From the NCBI GenBank assembly GCA_964187785.1, contig OZ076409.1, positions 81,842,001 through 81,906,000 on the forward strand: 64,000 nucleotides of DNA, written 5' to 3'. Origin of the DNA: Amphiscolops sp. MND2022 (Eukaryota). This document shows positions 51,520 through 64,000 of the stretch, piece after piece (within the stretch, counting starts at the first letter, position 1; the number at the start of each line of letters is the position of its first letter). Below the pieces are notes generated by a model. That model did not search any database, had not been told where the DNA came from, and saw only the letters and a list, made by a program, of their open reading frames with translations. A program made the translations under genes and the position numbers.

Positions 51520-52208
51520 TGTAGACTGAAAGGAGAGAAAATGTAATGAACTCCTAATGTGCACCTGAATCCGCATAACTTACATGCATGTGTTATGCTG
51601 ATTCACGTGCACATTAGGAGTTCATTACATTTTCTATCCCTTCCGTTTTACAAAAAAAATAAAGTACCCAGAAATGCGACTAGACAAGAACAAAAAATTT
51701 AATGTACATGTAAATTAAATTCTTTACTCTTGTCTATCTAGACACGCTTCTTGGTACTTTATTTCTTTGTAACGCGAGGCTCAAATAGCGTCAAACGCAG
51801 ACGCGCGCAAGCTCATTAAATGGTATCTGAAATTTTGTCTTACAAGTTTCTGATAAATGCCTAGTTAGTATAAATTCTAATCTACAAGCGGGATGATGAC
51901 GACAGTTTAGACTTCAGCATTTTTTTTAGCTTTTCCCAATTTGCAGCGTGTTTCTATTTTGAGCGTTTTGCTAATTAGTATGGAATCATATGACGTCACA
52001 TACTTACTTACTGACTGATACAAAATGTGTCACCGGGCACTAGAAAATTAAGGTTCGATCTGTACAGAAACATAAGTTTCTCAACGTTCATGCACTGTGA
52101 CACAATTTGTATCAGTCAGAAAGTATGTGACGTCATATGATAATATAATAATTAGCAAAACGCTCATAATAGAAACATGCTAAGAATTGAAGAAAGCTAA
52201 AAATTGCT
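51520..52208. repeat. Cluster of three hairpin/palindromic elements (51520-51652, 51650-51770, 51916-52208)
   Basis: Inverted arms of about 60, 55 and 120 bp read directly from the sequence. Confidence 0.8.
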
Positions 52209-54599
52209 TAAGCATAATGGCTGTTCTACATATAAGGTGCCACATAAAGAGTTGCAACAGACATTTACAGGATGTTCCATATTAAGGCCGTATAGCTGGA
52301 GTCGTTTCAAGCACCCTAGAGTCACTTCAAAGAGCCCTCTCCCAGAGTGAGATCCATCCAATGAATAATTTCCAATGCTTTGAAGCCCCAGATGCAATAA
52401 TTAACGTGAATTACGTTTGAAAATTAGTCACATTGTTCACTTGCCGTTTCTTCTGCGTCTTCTTAACCAACTAGCCTTCTTCTCTTGTATTGATGCAATT
52501 TAAGAAAATAATTCCCAGAAGTCGAAATTGAACACATGAAGGCGTAATTAATCGTGAAATAATGTGCAAAATTTTCTTCAAAGCGTCAATGGCTAAATGG
52601 GCTAACAGAAAGTTGCTACCTCAGGATTGTCAATACATTGTTTTGTCTTTGTTTGAAGTTTTTTGATTTATAAAAACAAAAATTTCACAAAAAGAAGCGC
52701 TCAATCTCTATAGCAGGTTTCTATTCATGGTTATTTTTAGCACTTTGAGTGAAACATAGGGAAAGGTAATTCTGTGAAAATATGACGTCAAAGGTATGAA
52801 ATTTTGCGAGAATCCGGTATAAGCAACACGATCCATTTAGTTTTTTTTTAAAATATTCGTTAAAAAATGTCATTTTGTTAGATATAGGAACATAAACAAC
52901 GACTGTTTCTGTCAACACTGAATCCTGAGTTCAACTCTGATGCAAAAACTATTCAGTATCTGCAGTATTTATTGCCAAATTGAAATAGCTTGAATAATTA
53001 CAATTTTATAGGCTGTCAAATCCTTCTTTCAAAAATTTTTCAAACTCTGACAGAATTTTCAGGGCCTTGAAACGCTCACAGTGTTAAAACTTCATCAAGC
53101 GGACGGAAAGGTACACTATTGTACTGAAAAGCTGAAGACCGGGAACATAACCGGGTGAAAACATGATAAGCGCCAATTCCCTTGATTTGTGGATCAGCTA
53201 ATTCATTTGACGTTTCCATCAATTCTTCCTCTCCTGATTTCGCTCTATCAGATCACGACTATCGAGATTGCAATAATGCATTTTAAATTTGAAGATAAAA
53301 AGTTTTAAAATCCAATCTAGTTCCACATAAAAGACACAACCACAACCGAATCCGCATTTCAACGAAATACTCAACGGCAAAATACAAACTTATTGAACAG
53401 CTGACTTCAACCAAACAAATCCTGGACCCCAACAGAAAATCCACTCTGAGCTATCGACAACACATTCTTCTAGAAAGTATCTTGCCTTCTTTCACAGTAT
53501 CTCGGTTGTATCTTGTCTATTCTATTTTATTTCTTTCCATAGATGAGTTTCTTTTTCGCACGTGTTATTGGTGGTTAAATTTTCACTTTCCATCATATTT
53601 GGCATTTCAATATTGGGCGCCGGCATCTTGAGTTTGCAGGTGTCTACCTTCATGATTACCCAATCCTTTCATGATAAAACAACGCCACTAATTGCAATTC
53701 AACTAAACTCTATTTGCTGCATTTAACAACTAGTTCAACAACTGGTCCGAAAATCACAATCCATGAATCTTTAGGTCTCCCGAGATCTTTCCAATGTCGG
53801 GACATTCGCTCAATGACGTTCGATTACATGGTCTATATGTTTGCTACAAGTGGGGGTTTTTCCATCCTTTTCAGTGCGATTCACTGCGAAATCTCTCGCC
53901 TGTAGAAAAAGCATAAGCTATCGCGCAAACGACGACGTGTTCCATGTTGTATTGTACGTTTTCTTCAGGAGTCGCACACTTAGATAAACTTGGGGCCCGC
54001 CCGTCACCTTAGAGCCTTTAAAGTCACCTAAAGTCCCTTTATACGGTCCTATATACGGTCACTTTATACGGTTCCTTTATACGGTTATAAGGTCCTTGGG
54101 TTAGTAGTCTCCGAGTTACTTGATATGCGTAAACTTTGTTAACTTATGGCAATTACCATGGATGGGTTACATTTACCGTTGAGTTCAGCAATCAATTACA
54201 TTTGTTACTGTAGTTCGATTGAGATGTAACAAGCCAAGGTCACATGTTTCGTTGCTGCCGGGGCTGCGCATCCGGTCCCGCCTACTGTATGCAAACAATA
54301 GATCTTTCGCAACCGGCAGATTAATGTAGGTTCCTAGTGTTTTACTAAGGGTTGGTAGGTGAGTATCTTGGACAAAATTTCATGATCATTAGGTCTACTG
54401 GTGAAAGTCTACTGGGTTTGTTTACATAGTTACAGTGGTCCCCCTATGCATGTCTTAGGGATCGCAAATAGCCTATTATTCTATGGGCGATCAACTTCTT
54501 AAACAAAATGACTGATTTCGAGCTCTGCCGACGCGCTCGTAGCGGGTCGACCTAGTGCACTTGCGGTGCTAATAGCGCAGGGCCAGGGGTTAAATTCTG

Positions 54600-55270
54600 A
54601 ACAGTTTTGTCCTTGTTGACTCTTTTCAACATTCCAATCTACGAAGTCTGTCGAAAATTTGACAAAATTGCATAAAAAACTTTGAAAATTGGAAAATTTT
54701 GGGTTTTTCGTCATTTTCGGTTTCAATTTGATATATTTTTCATTTAGAAAACAGTCATTATCTCTTCGGAAGAGCATACTGGACAACGAATTCCTGCCAT
54801 TCCTGTCACGTTAAGCGTTTTCAACATTCTAATCCACGAAGTCTATCGAAAATTTGACAAAAATTGCATAAAAACGTTAAAAATCGAAAAATTTTGGATT
54901 TTTTAAATCATTTTTTTGTAATTTTTCTTTTAAAAAACCGCATTTATCTCTTCAGAATACTATTGGACAACGAATTCGTGCCTTGTTGAACGTTGTCAAC
55001 ATTCTAATCCACGATGTTTATCGAAAAAATGACAAAAATTGCATTAAAACGTTAAAAGTCGAAAAATTTTGGAATTTTTGTCATTTTTTTGGTAATTTTT
55101 CTTTTTAAAAACCGCATTTGTCTCTTCAAAATACTATTGGACAACAAATTCGTGCCTTGTTGAACGTTTTCAACATTCTAATCGACGATGTTTATCGAAA
55201 AAATGGCAAAAAATGCATGAAAACGGTGAAAATTGGGAAAGTTTTGATTTTTTGTCATTTTCGGGGTCAT
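54600..55270. repeat. Satellite-like tandem repeat, about 175-195 bp x4
   Basis: CAACATTCTAATCCACGA..TCGAAAA..GACAAAA recurs near 54625, 54820, 54996 and 55170. Confidence 0.85.
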
Positions 55271-58200
55271 TTTTGGGTCATTATGGGGTCATTTCCGTCA
55301 TTCCCAAAAAAGTCCAAAAATCTTTACAAATACATGTCGCATGGAACTAAATTTATGTCAGTTGAATTCTGTGAATGTACTTCTTCATATTACGTAAACA
55401 ATATTCCTTGGCAAATTTTGTAAAAAAAAAACCCGTTTGATTTAAATATTTTCCTTTCCCATATGAAATATGGGCGGAAAATAATAAGGAAATTACAGCA
55501 ATGGAATGGGTGTTGTTTTATTACTCGAAATTTGAAAAACTCAACAATTCACCTGACCACATTGCAAGGTTTGAGCGTTTTCCCGTTTTCCATTGTTTTT
55601 CCACCAAGTATAGGAAAGCTGCTATACACTTACAAACTCAAGCCGAAATTTTGTTATTCAAAAATCAAAACTTTTAATTTTCATTTGAAGTCAAAGGCAT
55701 ATGTTTTTATGAAGTCAAAGCCAAGGCGTAAAGTCGGCGTAAAGAAAACGTATCGGACATGTAGTTCGATTTCGTTATTTTACCCAAATTACTGGACTAA
55801 CTTACTTTCATATGTTTATCTTCAAGCTAGAAACTTCAATGATATTTGGTAAAATTTTTCAAACGACTAAAAATTGATTCAAGGCATCGGCTTGGGGGCA
55901 TTTTACTAAGAACATTTTTTGAAATTTTTCAAAAGACCAGGTTGGTCGAAAAGTGTTGAATTTTGGCCATATCACTAAATTAAATTGATAAATTTCTTGA
56001 AACTTTTTTTCATAACATCATAATGTACTGTAGCCAGGTTGGTTCAATGGTTCAAACTCTGATATTCTCCACAGCTGACGCGTTACTTTGCACGCTTTTC
56101 ATAGATGTTCACTGAGAAAAATGTTTGCAAAAAATCAAAGTAATTTTGTAAAGAACGACGAAAAAATATATCTCCTCTTTCATTAGGAAATAATGGCACT
56201 TTTAGGGTTGTGTGATAACAGCACGCAAATCATTTTGTAAAGAACGATTAAAAAAATCATAGTTTCATCCAGATATAATTGCACACTTAGGGATGTGAGC
56301 GAGATACCTGTTCTAACTTCTTTATCTCTTGAATAACAGAATTATAAAAACTCAAGTTGACCTTGAATCAAGATTTCACTGAGGATGTTAAAATCTTTTT
56401 ATCACTCTTCCTTGGAATTTAAAATGCTTCTGCGGACTCGAAAGACTTTGAGGTGGCCTGTTCAAACAAACATCAAAAGCAGAAATTTAAGTTGTCAATT
56501 TGGCTCCCAATTTATGGCCCAAAATGTCAGGATACCGAATTAGAACACCCGTTTTGTCTTTCATGGAACAGCTCCGCTCTGCTCGACAAATTGAGGACTT
56601 TTCCAAGCTTCTGAGTATTAAAGGTTTTGCAAACAAGTAAAGATCTACTGGGTTTAAACTTGGCTTTCCATGAAATGTATCATACATTTGTGCTAAATCA
56701 AATAAAATAGCAACTAATGCGCTTTGCAAGCATGAATTACTATGGCTCAGTGATTTTTACGACTAGCTTAAAGAAACGGCAACCTATTTAAGCGAAAGTG
56801 TTATAAAAGTAATAATTTATGAGTTTATTCCGAACGTCAACCGAAGCTTTAAGTCAGATTTTTGAGCTTCATGGAACTTCAGGCTGGAAAAGTTTTTAAT
56901 ACCAAAAATAATACCAAGTGTAGTTCACTGCTGTACCTAGTACAAAGTTTCTAATCCACAGTCTTTATTGCTCAATAACTTGTCCCAAAGCGTGAAAAGT
57001 TCATCGATCGGTTATCAATAGAAAAAATCAAGTTCATGCCAGCCGAAGAGGAAAATGAGTGGGAATGATCCAACATATATTTATAACTAAATTATTATAA
57101 CTATTCTAGATAGGAAGGTTATATTTGACGTACTACCACTGTCAAAAACAGTCCAAAAAGACTAATCTCTGAGATTTGCTATTTCTGTTGCATTTAAGCG
57201 TATTTATGATCAAATTTCATACACTGTTTGAAAACTGGGATAACTTTTGTTTCGAATTTCAAAAGAAAACATAAAAGTCTTCTAGGTTTACCGTTTCAAG
57301 TTTTTGTTTTACCGTTTCAAAGTTTTTCTTTGAAGGGATTCACAAGACTACAAGGAGATAAATTTGCGCCAAAACAATTCTCTCAATTTTTTGATGTTTT
57401 AATGTAATATTTCTTGGATTTTAGAAGAAATGGACCTAAACAGTATTTTCCAATACCTCAGGAGTTGAAGGCATTCAATTTTCTTGGCATTTCAAACTCT
57501 GAAGCTCGTCATAGATAGCGATCATTGAAGTTAAAATGTGATTGATTGAAAGAATCAACGTAAAATGACCAAAAACGGCTATTTTGAACTGGTATTTGCG
57601 ATTAAATAATGTTGAAATCTGATCAATCAGTTGCAAAATATGTAATTCTTTCCCAAAATCTACTGTGAAACATGATTTTTAACTGATTGTGGGGCCTAGA
57701 CATGCCAGTCCCAGACAATTTTGTCCCGGAAACGTAAATGTACACACACAATCAGTTCCAGATATTTTTCCCGCAAGAGCAGAGGTTTTAGACCCCATGT
57801 TTTAAGTGACGAAATAAGTGAATTGATTTCATCTGGCTAATTAAACAGGAACAATCCGGTAATTATCTCCGATTACAAGATACTTAGAGAAAGCTTTTGG
57901 CACTTCAATTTTCATCGATTTAGTTTCGAAAAAGCTCTTTCTGAAACTCGTAAAAAAACGCTAAAACGGGGAATAAATTCCGAATTAAGAGTGAAGTAAA
58001 CTTCAATCAGGCAACAAATATTTGTTTGGTTTCATAACTAATGTCAATTTTATATTTGACTGATCCAAACTTGTCCAGACATTTTAGTCTCAGACATTTC
58101 AGTCGCAAAGACACACACATTTTAGTCACGTGTTTTTGGGACTGACATGCCTCAGACTGAAATGTCCAGACACGTTTGAATCAATCAAATCTAAAACTGG

Positions 58201-58659
58201 CATCAGTTATCAAATCCACCAAATCAGTCAGGAGAAAGTTGTCATACATTGAAAACAGTTATATGTCGTCTAAATAAACCTTGCGCTTCTCGGAGGCAAA
58301 AAGCAAAAATCTTAGTAATTGAAAATTCAAGTTTTCAATGTGAACCGTGCTTCAACGAACCGTGTAATCCATAAGAAACACAAGTCAGGACGTTCGGTAT
58401 GGGAGAATTAAATCAAAACTCAGAATTCAAAAAACCAAGGTTACAGTTGCGGGTCTTGTTTTGTGTTATTTTTGATCTGACTAGCAGAACTCCTCCATTG
58501 TTTCTCCGTAAGAATTAGTGCTTATTATTTTCCGCCCACAAATAATGGGGGACGAGAATCATAATCTGTGTTGCGTTTGTTTTTCCAAATTCTGCCAAAT
58601 CTCCATCGTGACGATCTCCATCCACTTGACTATTTTACATCCACTTGACTATTTTACAC

Positions 58660-58760
58660 TTGTATACGAAGTAAATTGTGTTTTGCTAATATACGAAGTA
58701 AATTGCGTTTTTATATACAAAGTAAATTGCGTTTTTATATACGAAGTAAATTGCGTCATA
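58660..58760. repeat. Tandem repeat of about 24 bp x4
   Basis: TATACGAAGTAAATTGCGTTTT units; one further copy near 58900. Confidence 0.85.
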
Positions 58761-59803
58761 CTAAAGAGGATTCGCTATTTCCGAATTTTTTACGCTATAT
58801 CCGAACTATATTGCATTTTATTAGGAAGGAGGCGGATGTTCGAAAAAAATGCGGTCCCATTTGTACCAGCACGCAATAACTGAACTTTTGACGTTATAGC
58901 CGAAGTAAATTGCGTTTTGCCAAGGAGGTGAATCGATTAAGCGTCCATTGTTAGTCAATTGAAGGCGAAAAATATCCCGGTGCATAGCAGGCGTCTTGTT
59001 ATCTTCAATATCTGTTTGCACTTTCAAACGATGTCCTGTAGAAAGCTTATATTATATTGCAGGAGTGGAAAATAATATTCATGGAAGACTTTTCATCTTT
59101 TCCATTTAATTTCAGACCTTTGTGCGGGAATTTTTCTACTTAACTCACATCTCATTCCATGGATTTTCCCAGAGTTTATTTTTCACCATATGGGCAAGGA
59201 AAGATAAAGGCGCTATATGAGCCGCGTTTGTTTTCTCCAAAGCTTGCCATGTTCTAATGTCATTCCCGAATTAGAACAGTTCTCCCATAGATTTCAAAAA
59301 AGTAAACTTAGTTTCGTGTTATATGTATGTGTTCAGATATTTGGACGTTACGACCGAATTGGTCCAAAAAGGACTCCAAAACAGACAGAAAGTTCAGTTT
59401 GACCTTTTTCGCCCAATTTTCGAATAAGTTTGCGTGTTCGAATTTCCAAGAAAGAACCAGCTATCCAGGACGCTTTTTGAAGTTAAGTCTAAAATGCTTC
59501 AATAAAAAGTATCTCAAAAAAACAAATTACGTCAAAATTTAAAAATTTAACAGTCTTTTGGCACTTTTAGACAGTTTGCACATTTTTCAAACACTGTGAA
59601 AGTTCAAAAAGTCACAGAGTTCAAACACGAGGCAAACACTTTCACGACGGTCAATTTGTAGTTTATTGATTGAAAAAGGCCTTCAGTTGACTTCGAAACG
59701 AAAACATTCAACTTTTGATATTCAAGTTGCCCCTTCTGTAGTTTTGGAATTGATTCTCAATGGCTAGAACATCCTGAGAATTCCGACTTAAGACAAAAAA
59801 TCA

Positions 59804-62800
59804 TGTAACATACTTTTTGGAAGATAAAATTTACACATTGTAATTGTTGTAACTTCAGAGTATGAAAATTGAGTATCGTAACAAGACCGTATTTTATCTC
59901 TTATCAATCTGTACTGAATAAGAATAGTAGCGTAGTATGGTAAAAAGTTAACAGGTACTTGAGTCTAATTATATAAATAGGATAGAGTCTCATATTAATT
60001 TTTCCTCTAAATTCTTCTTATTCTTTATTTCCTCTCTAGGATTGGGTAAGAATTGGCCAATATGGGAGTATTGTTTTCTTTGGAGGCGGTAGTCCGTCCC
60101 AAGCATTGTAATGCCGCGATGTTCCGTGCTGCATCAGTAGTTGTGGTCCGGTCGTGGTAATGTCTTTCCGGACAGGCTTGTTCAATGGTCTTGTTTAGCA
60201 GATGTCTGGTGTTCTTTCCCAGTTGTTTAGTCTTTTGACTGTATTTCCTGTAATCAGAAGGTTCTGGGTGATGCAGTCTAACAATTGGATTTGTTTTCGT
60301 CAAACGTTTTGATCTACGTAGGTTATGTTCTTTTATTTCTTGTTCTATTTCAGTGCTTGAGCTAAGATTGCTTAGTAGGTCTATTCCAGAATTTTCGTCC
60401 AGTTTCGCTAATTCTTTTTCTTCTTCCTCCCCTCTTTTGGGAGTTTCAAATTATTTTGGAAGACCTAACCGTGGGTATCTTTAGTGTGTAGTTCCGTGTT
60501 AGCCTTTTTGGCATCCTCAATAGCGCGCTCGACATTTTCGTTTGTCATGTTCTCCGTCACTACCGTCAACGGTCCAATAATTGCTCGTGGCTGGCCTGCT
60601 TGCGGTGACACTCAGGTGAGTCCAAACTCTGATGGTTTCGGATGAGCTTCAGGCGTCCTCTTCCCATTGTGCCGCTCGTTTTTGGAGTGGTTATGACTGG
60701 GGGCTCCGGTTCCGAGTCTTCGGATTCGCTGTCCCAGTCGTGAATGGTGAATGTCCGTAGGGTATTTTATAAACCGGCCATCCGGTCAACGTAGCCCTGT
60801 TCCTCTGTTGTTGGGTTCCTGTGCAAGTTCAGAATTAAGTTTACTCATATGTTTTCTATGTGAAACACTATTATCAGCCGTGGTAACGGTGTGATTGGTG
60901 CCCGATACAGCTCTTTGGATTCTATCAGAGTATGCACTATCGAATTTTGGTAATACTTTTTTTTCGCGAAAAAAAAAGGTAACTACTAACTCCTTTCGAT
61001 TCTTTCTTCTGTTTCATCAGCAGCTGGTCAGAGACACCGCTAGCTCTGTTGAATCAGTACACCTGTAGGCTGTCTGGTTTTGCTGAAATACACGTTTTCG
61101 CTATTTTTTTCAACGCGTCAAGATTTAAGAGATTGCTGATCTCCGTGTTTGGTTCACGACCATATTGTAGCTCAAATTATGAGGATTTATTCATTCGTGT
61201 GTGGGGTGTTTTCCGCATTACGTCTAGTGCGGTGTCTAGTGCTTTACTGAACTTTTCGCCCGCTTTCATGTTGGTTAGTAAAATATCTTTTAGCGTTCTA
61301 ACGCCCCGTTCAATTAGTCTTGTGGGCGTATGTATATACGGTGGGCCGTTTATCAACTTTATTCTGTGATTTTTGCAGAATTCTCTGAATCACCGACCCG
61401 TGAATGCGGTTGCCCTATCTGTTCCAATCGTTTTTGGGACGCCGTTTAGGTTTATGCATTGTTCCAAAAATCTGACAACTGTCTGGCCTTCCGTTGTTGT
61501 AAAAAGCTGGCTGCCGGCCATTTACTAAACCGGTCCATAGGGAGCAAAACGTAAAATATATAGTTCTTCTCGGTGATTGGACCGATGAAATCCTATTGGA
61601 GTTCTTCGATTTTTTCGTTTGGCAGACTTAGCGGTGCTAGCTGTTTTTTTGTTTTAGGTATGTTAGGTTTCATTATCTTACCGGACATTTTGAAAGGGAC
61701 GCAGCTCTCACATTTCTTCTGTATGGCCCGGTAGTTCGGGCCACCAGAAGTGTCACGCCGCCAAAGACATTTTGTTTATGGCTGGGTGTTCCTTGTGTAA
61801 GAAGCTGATGACAATTGTCATCAACTTCTTTGGGACTATTATTCTGTCTTCGTAAAAAACCAGCATGTATCTGGTTGATAGCTATTTTTGTATAGAGAGT
61901 TTTCGTCGGGCATATTGTCGTGCTGTTGTCTCTCTAAGCAAACGAGCATTTTGAGAAGGCTTGGGTCGTTTGTGTTCTCCATTATGAGTAATTGCAAGTC
62001 TGTGGCGAACTGCTTTTCCGTTTCCTTGACGGCATTTCCCAGATCCCACTTGTTGGATTCTTCTGCGTCCACTTTCGGCGCGTGGCCCATTTTTATGTCT
62101 TTGGCGCTCTAGACGTATTTGGCCCAATTGATTGCCGGGACCTTCAGTTTCCGATCCGATTTTGCCTTCTCCCATGGGGGCGTGTTGTATTTGCCTTGAG
62201 GACGGCCCGTGCTCGTCTTCTAGTTGTGACTGTTGGCGTTGTGGGCGGTCTACCTCCCAGAAAGGGTCCGCTCGTTGCGCCTTGCTTGTTGTTGGAAGCC
62301 CTGAGGCTGATCTGTTTGTCTGTTTTCTATATTCTTGATGCTTATTTGCAGCTGTTCTTCTATGATTCTCCTTTCATTTCGGAGGAATCTGGGCTCGTGG
62401 TATTTCTCCCAACGGATACCGGATTGCCGGTAAACGCCGGGTTTGACTATATCTTGCCAGCGGGCTATCAAGTTTCTGCTTTCTTTTGTGGAAGGATCAG
62501 CGAGTTCAAAATTATCAATGGTGCGTGCGTCCATGTTTATATTAACTTTTGTATGTTGAGAATTCGTGCAATTTTCGTCAGTTGATTAAAACAAGCAAAG
62601 GCATTTTGTTCACGTGCATTGGATTGTTTTGGTTCGTTACGTAATATCTAGCATTGTGATAGCTCTAAATGGTTGCCAAGGCAACCGTATTTGGTCATGA
62701 TATTGTAATGCGGTATGATGCTATTGATTACGTAATCTTCGTCGTATGCGTCATCCGTTTGCGATGGTGCGGACGGATTTCTACTGAGATAATCAGTGAG

Positions 62801-64000
62801 TGCTAAATGCTTACCGGCTGTATGGCTTACGTTAATCGAAAAGTGAGCTCGTCGGTCCAGCCATCTCGGTAACCTTGCGCTATACGTTTGTTTCGACAGA
62901 TTGCGTTTGATTAGTGGTTCGAGCGCTTGCTGATCCGTGAGTAATTTTATTGGTTTCCCGTAAATATATAGACGGAAGTGCTCCAGTCACCAATACAACG
63001 CTAATAAATCCATTGATGGCGTATTTGTTTTCTGTATCGGAAAAGAAACGTCTGGCAAATCCAACCGGTTTCAATTTTCCGTCTGTCGGTTCTTGCCAAA
63101 TCGTTGCCACGAGACCTTTTGTGCTCGCGTCCGTGTTTAATATATTCGGATAGTTCGAAATTTTGTGTGCCAGACACGGTATCTCCATGATTTTTTGTTT
63201 CCAATTTTCGAACGCTTTTGTGTGTTCTGCGGTCCATTTCCACTCCGTATCCTTGTTGAGTAATTGTCTCAAATTGTCCGTTTGAGCTGAAAGTTTTTCG
63301 ATATCTTTAGACTAATACTGGATTGCTCGCTGGAAGGACTGTAGCTCTTTTTCGTTTTTTGGTTCTTTTAATTCTTTGATCGCAAGTAATTTGTCTTGTA
63401 ACAATCGGATTCAATTCTGGTCTATTTAATGACCGATCCATTCTATTTCAGTTTTGAATAATTCGGAATTTCTTTCGCTCAGATGCTAGCATGCGTTTTC
63501 TAATTTTGATAGTATGTTTATAACCTCCTTCACGTGTTTTTGTTTGGAGCCTTTTGCCACTACTATTATGTCGTCCAGCCAGGCTTGGTCTTTATTTTTA
63601 ATGTTTAATCGATGTTTTCTTGAATTATCGTCAGGATATCTGCTAGCTCGTAAAAGCCTTTAAGAACCGATAGTATCCGGTGAAATTACATCCGGTGACT
63701 GCAAAGGTGCATAGATCCATTGCTCTCTTTGAGAGTTGTAATTGGCCGTATGCGTAATTGAGATCGTATTCGTAAATCCAGATTTAATCCGCTGATCAGT
63801 CCGCTAGTTTCCTGGAAATTCTCGATATGAGTTCTTCCATATTTGGCGTTTGTGCCTTTCTTTTTATAGTTAGTTCATTCAATTTTCCTGAATCTATCGC
63901 TGTTTTCACCGATTTGTCTTTTTTGATTGTAATCACCGCGGAACTTACAAAACAGTTTTAATCGATGTTTTTTGCTTCTTCAATGTGTCCCTGTTTGTCA
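59804..64000 (-). mobile_element. pol: Decayed Ty3/Gypsy element C: RT, RNase H and integrase remnants, with a probable 3' LTR end at 59804; continues past the window end
   Basis: AWLDDIIV at about 63560-63584, TDASTKGL RNase H, MDRFSKWP and TDRATAFTG integrase remnants; many stops and frameshifts. LTR boundaries are uncertain. Confidence 0.85.

Overview
Animal (probably invertebrate) genomic DNA that is almost entirely transposable elements. The left half holds two large, head-to-head Ty3/Gypsy LTR retrotransposons of different families. Element A is on the minus strand (1..13684, 3' LTR cut by the window edge, 1510-bp LTR). Element B is on the plus strand (16468..31975, complete, 1199-bp LTRs about 99% identical, GGTAC target-site duplication). 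Between pol and the 3' LTR, each carries a roughly 4-kb antisense, multi-exon accessory gene. I spliced both by hand through phase-compatible GT-AG introns into proteins of about 1100 aa. The two proteins are homologous, share intron positions, and look like catalytically dead hAT-transposase derivatives (BED-like zinc finger, degenerate RNase-H core, dimerisation-like region, basic tail). This cassette is the main candidate novel system. Both elements also start gag inside the 5' LTR, share an identical coding PBS, use an A_AAA_AAC -1 frameshift and lack a canonical PPT. The right half holds Helentron-like non-autonomous repeats, MITEs and palindromes, a decayed Tc1 element, a 1386-bp tandem duplication, one host exon of a Cys-loop ligand-gated ion channel and a third, decayed Gypsy pol. 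All alignments and counts were done by eye; no database search was run.
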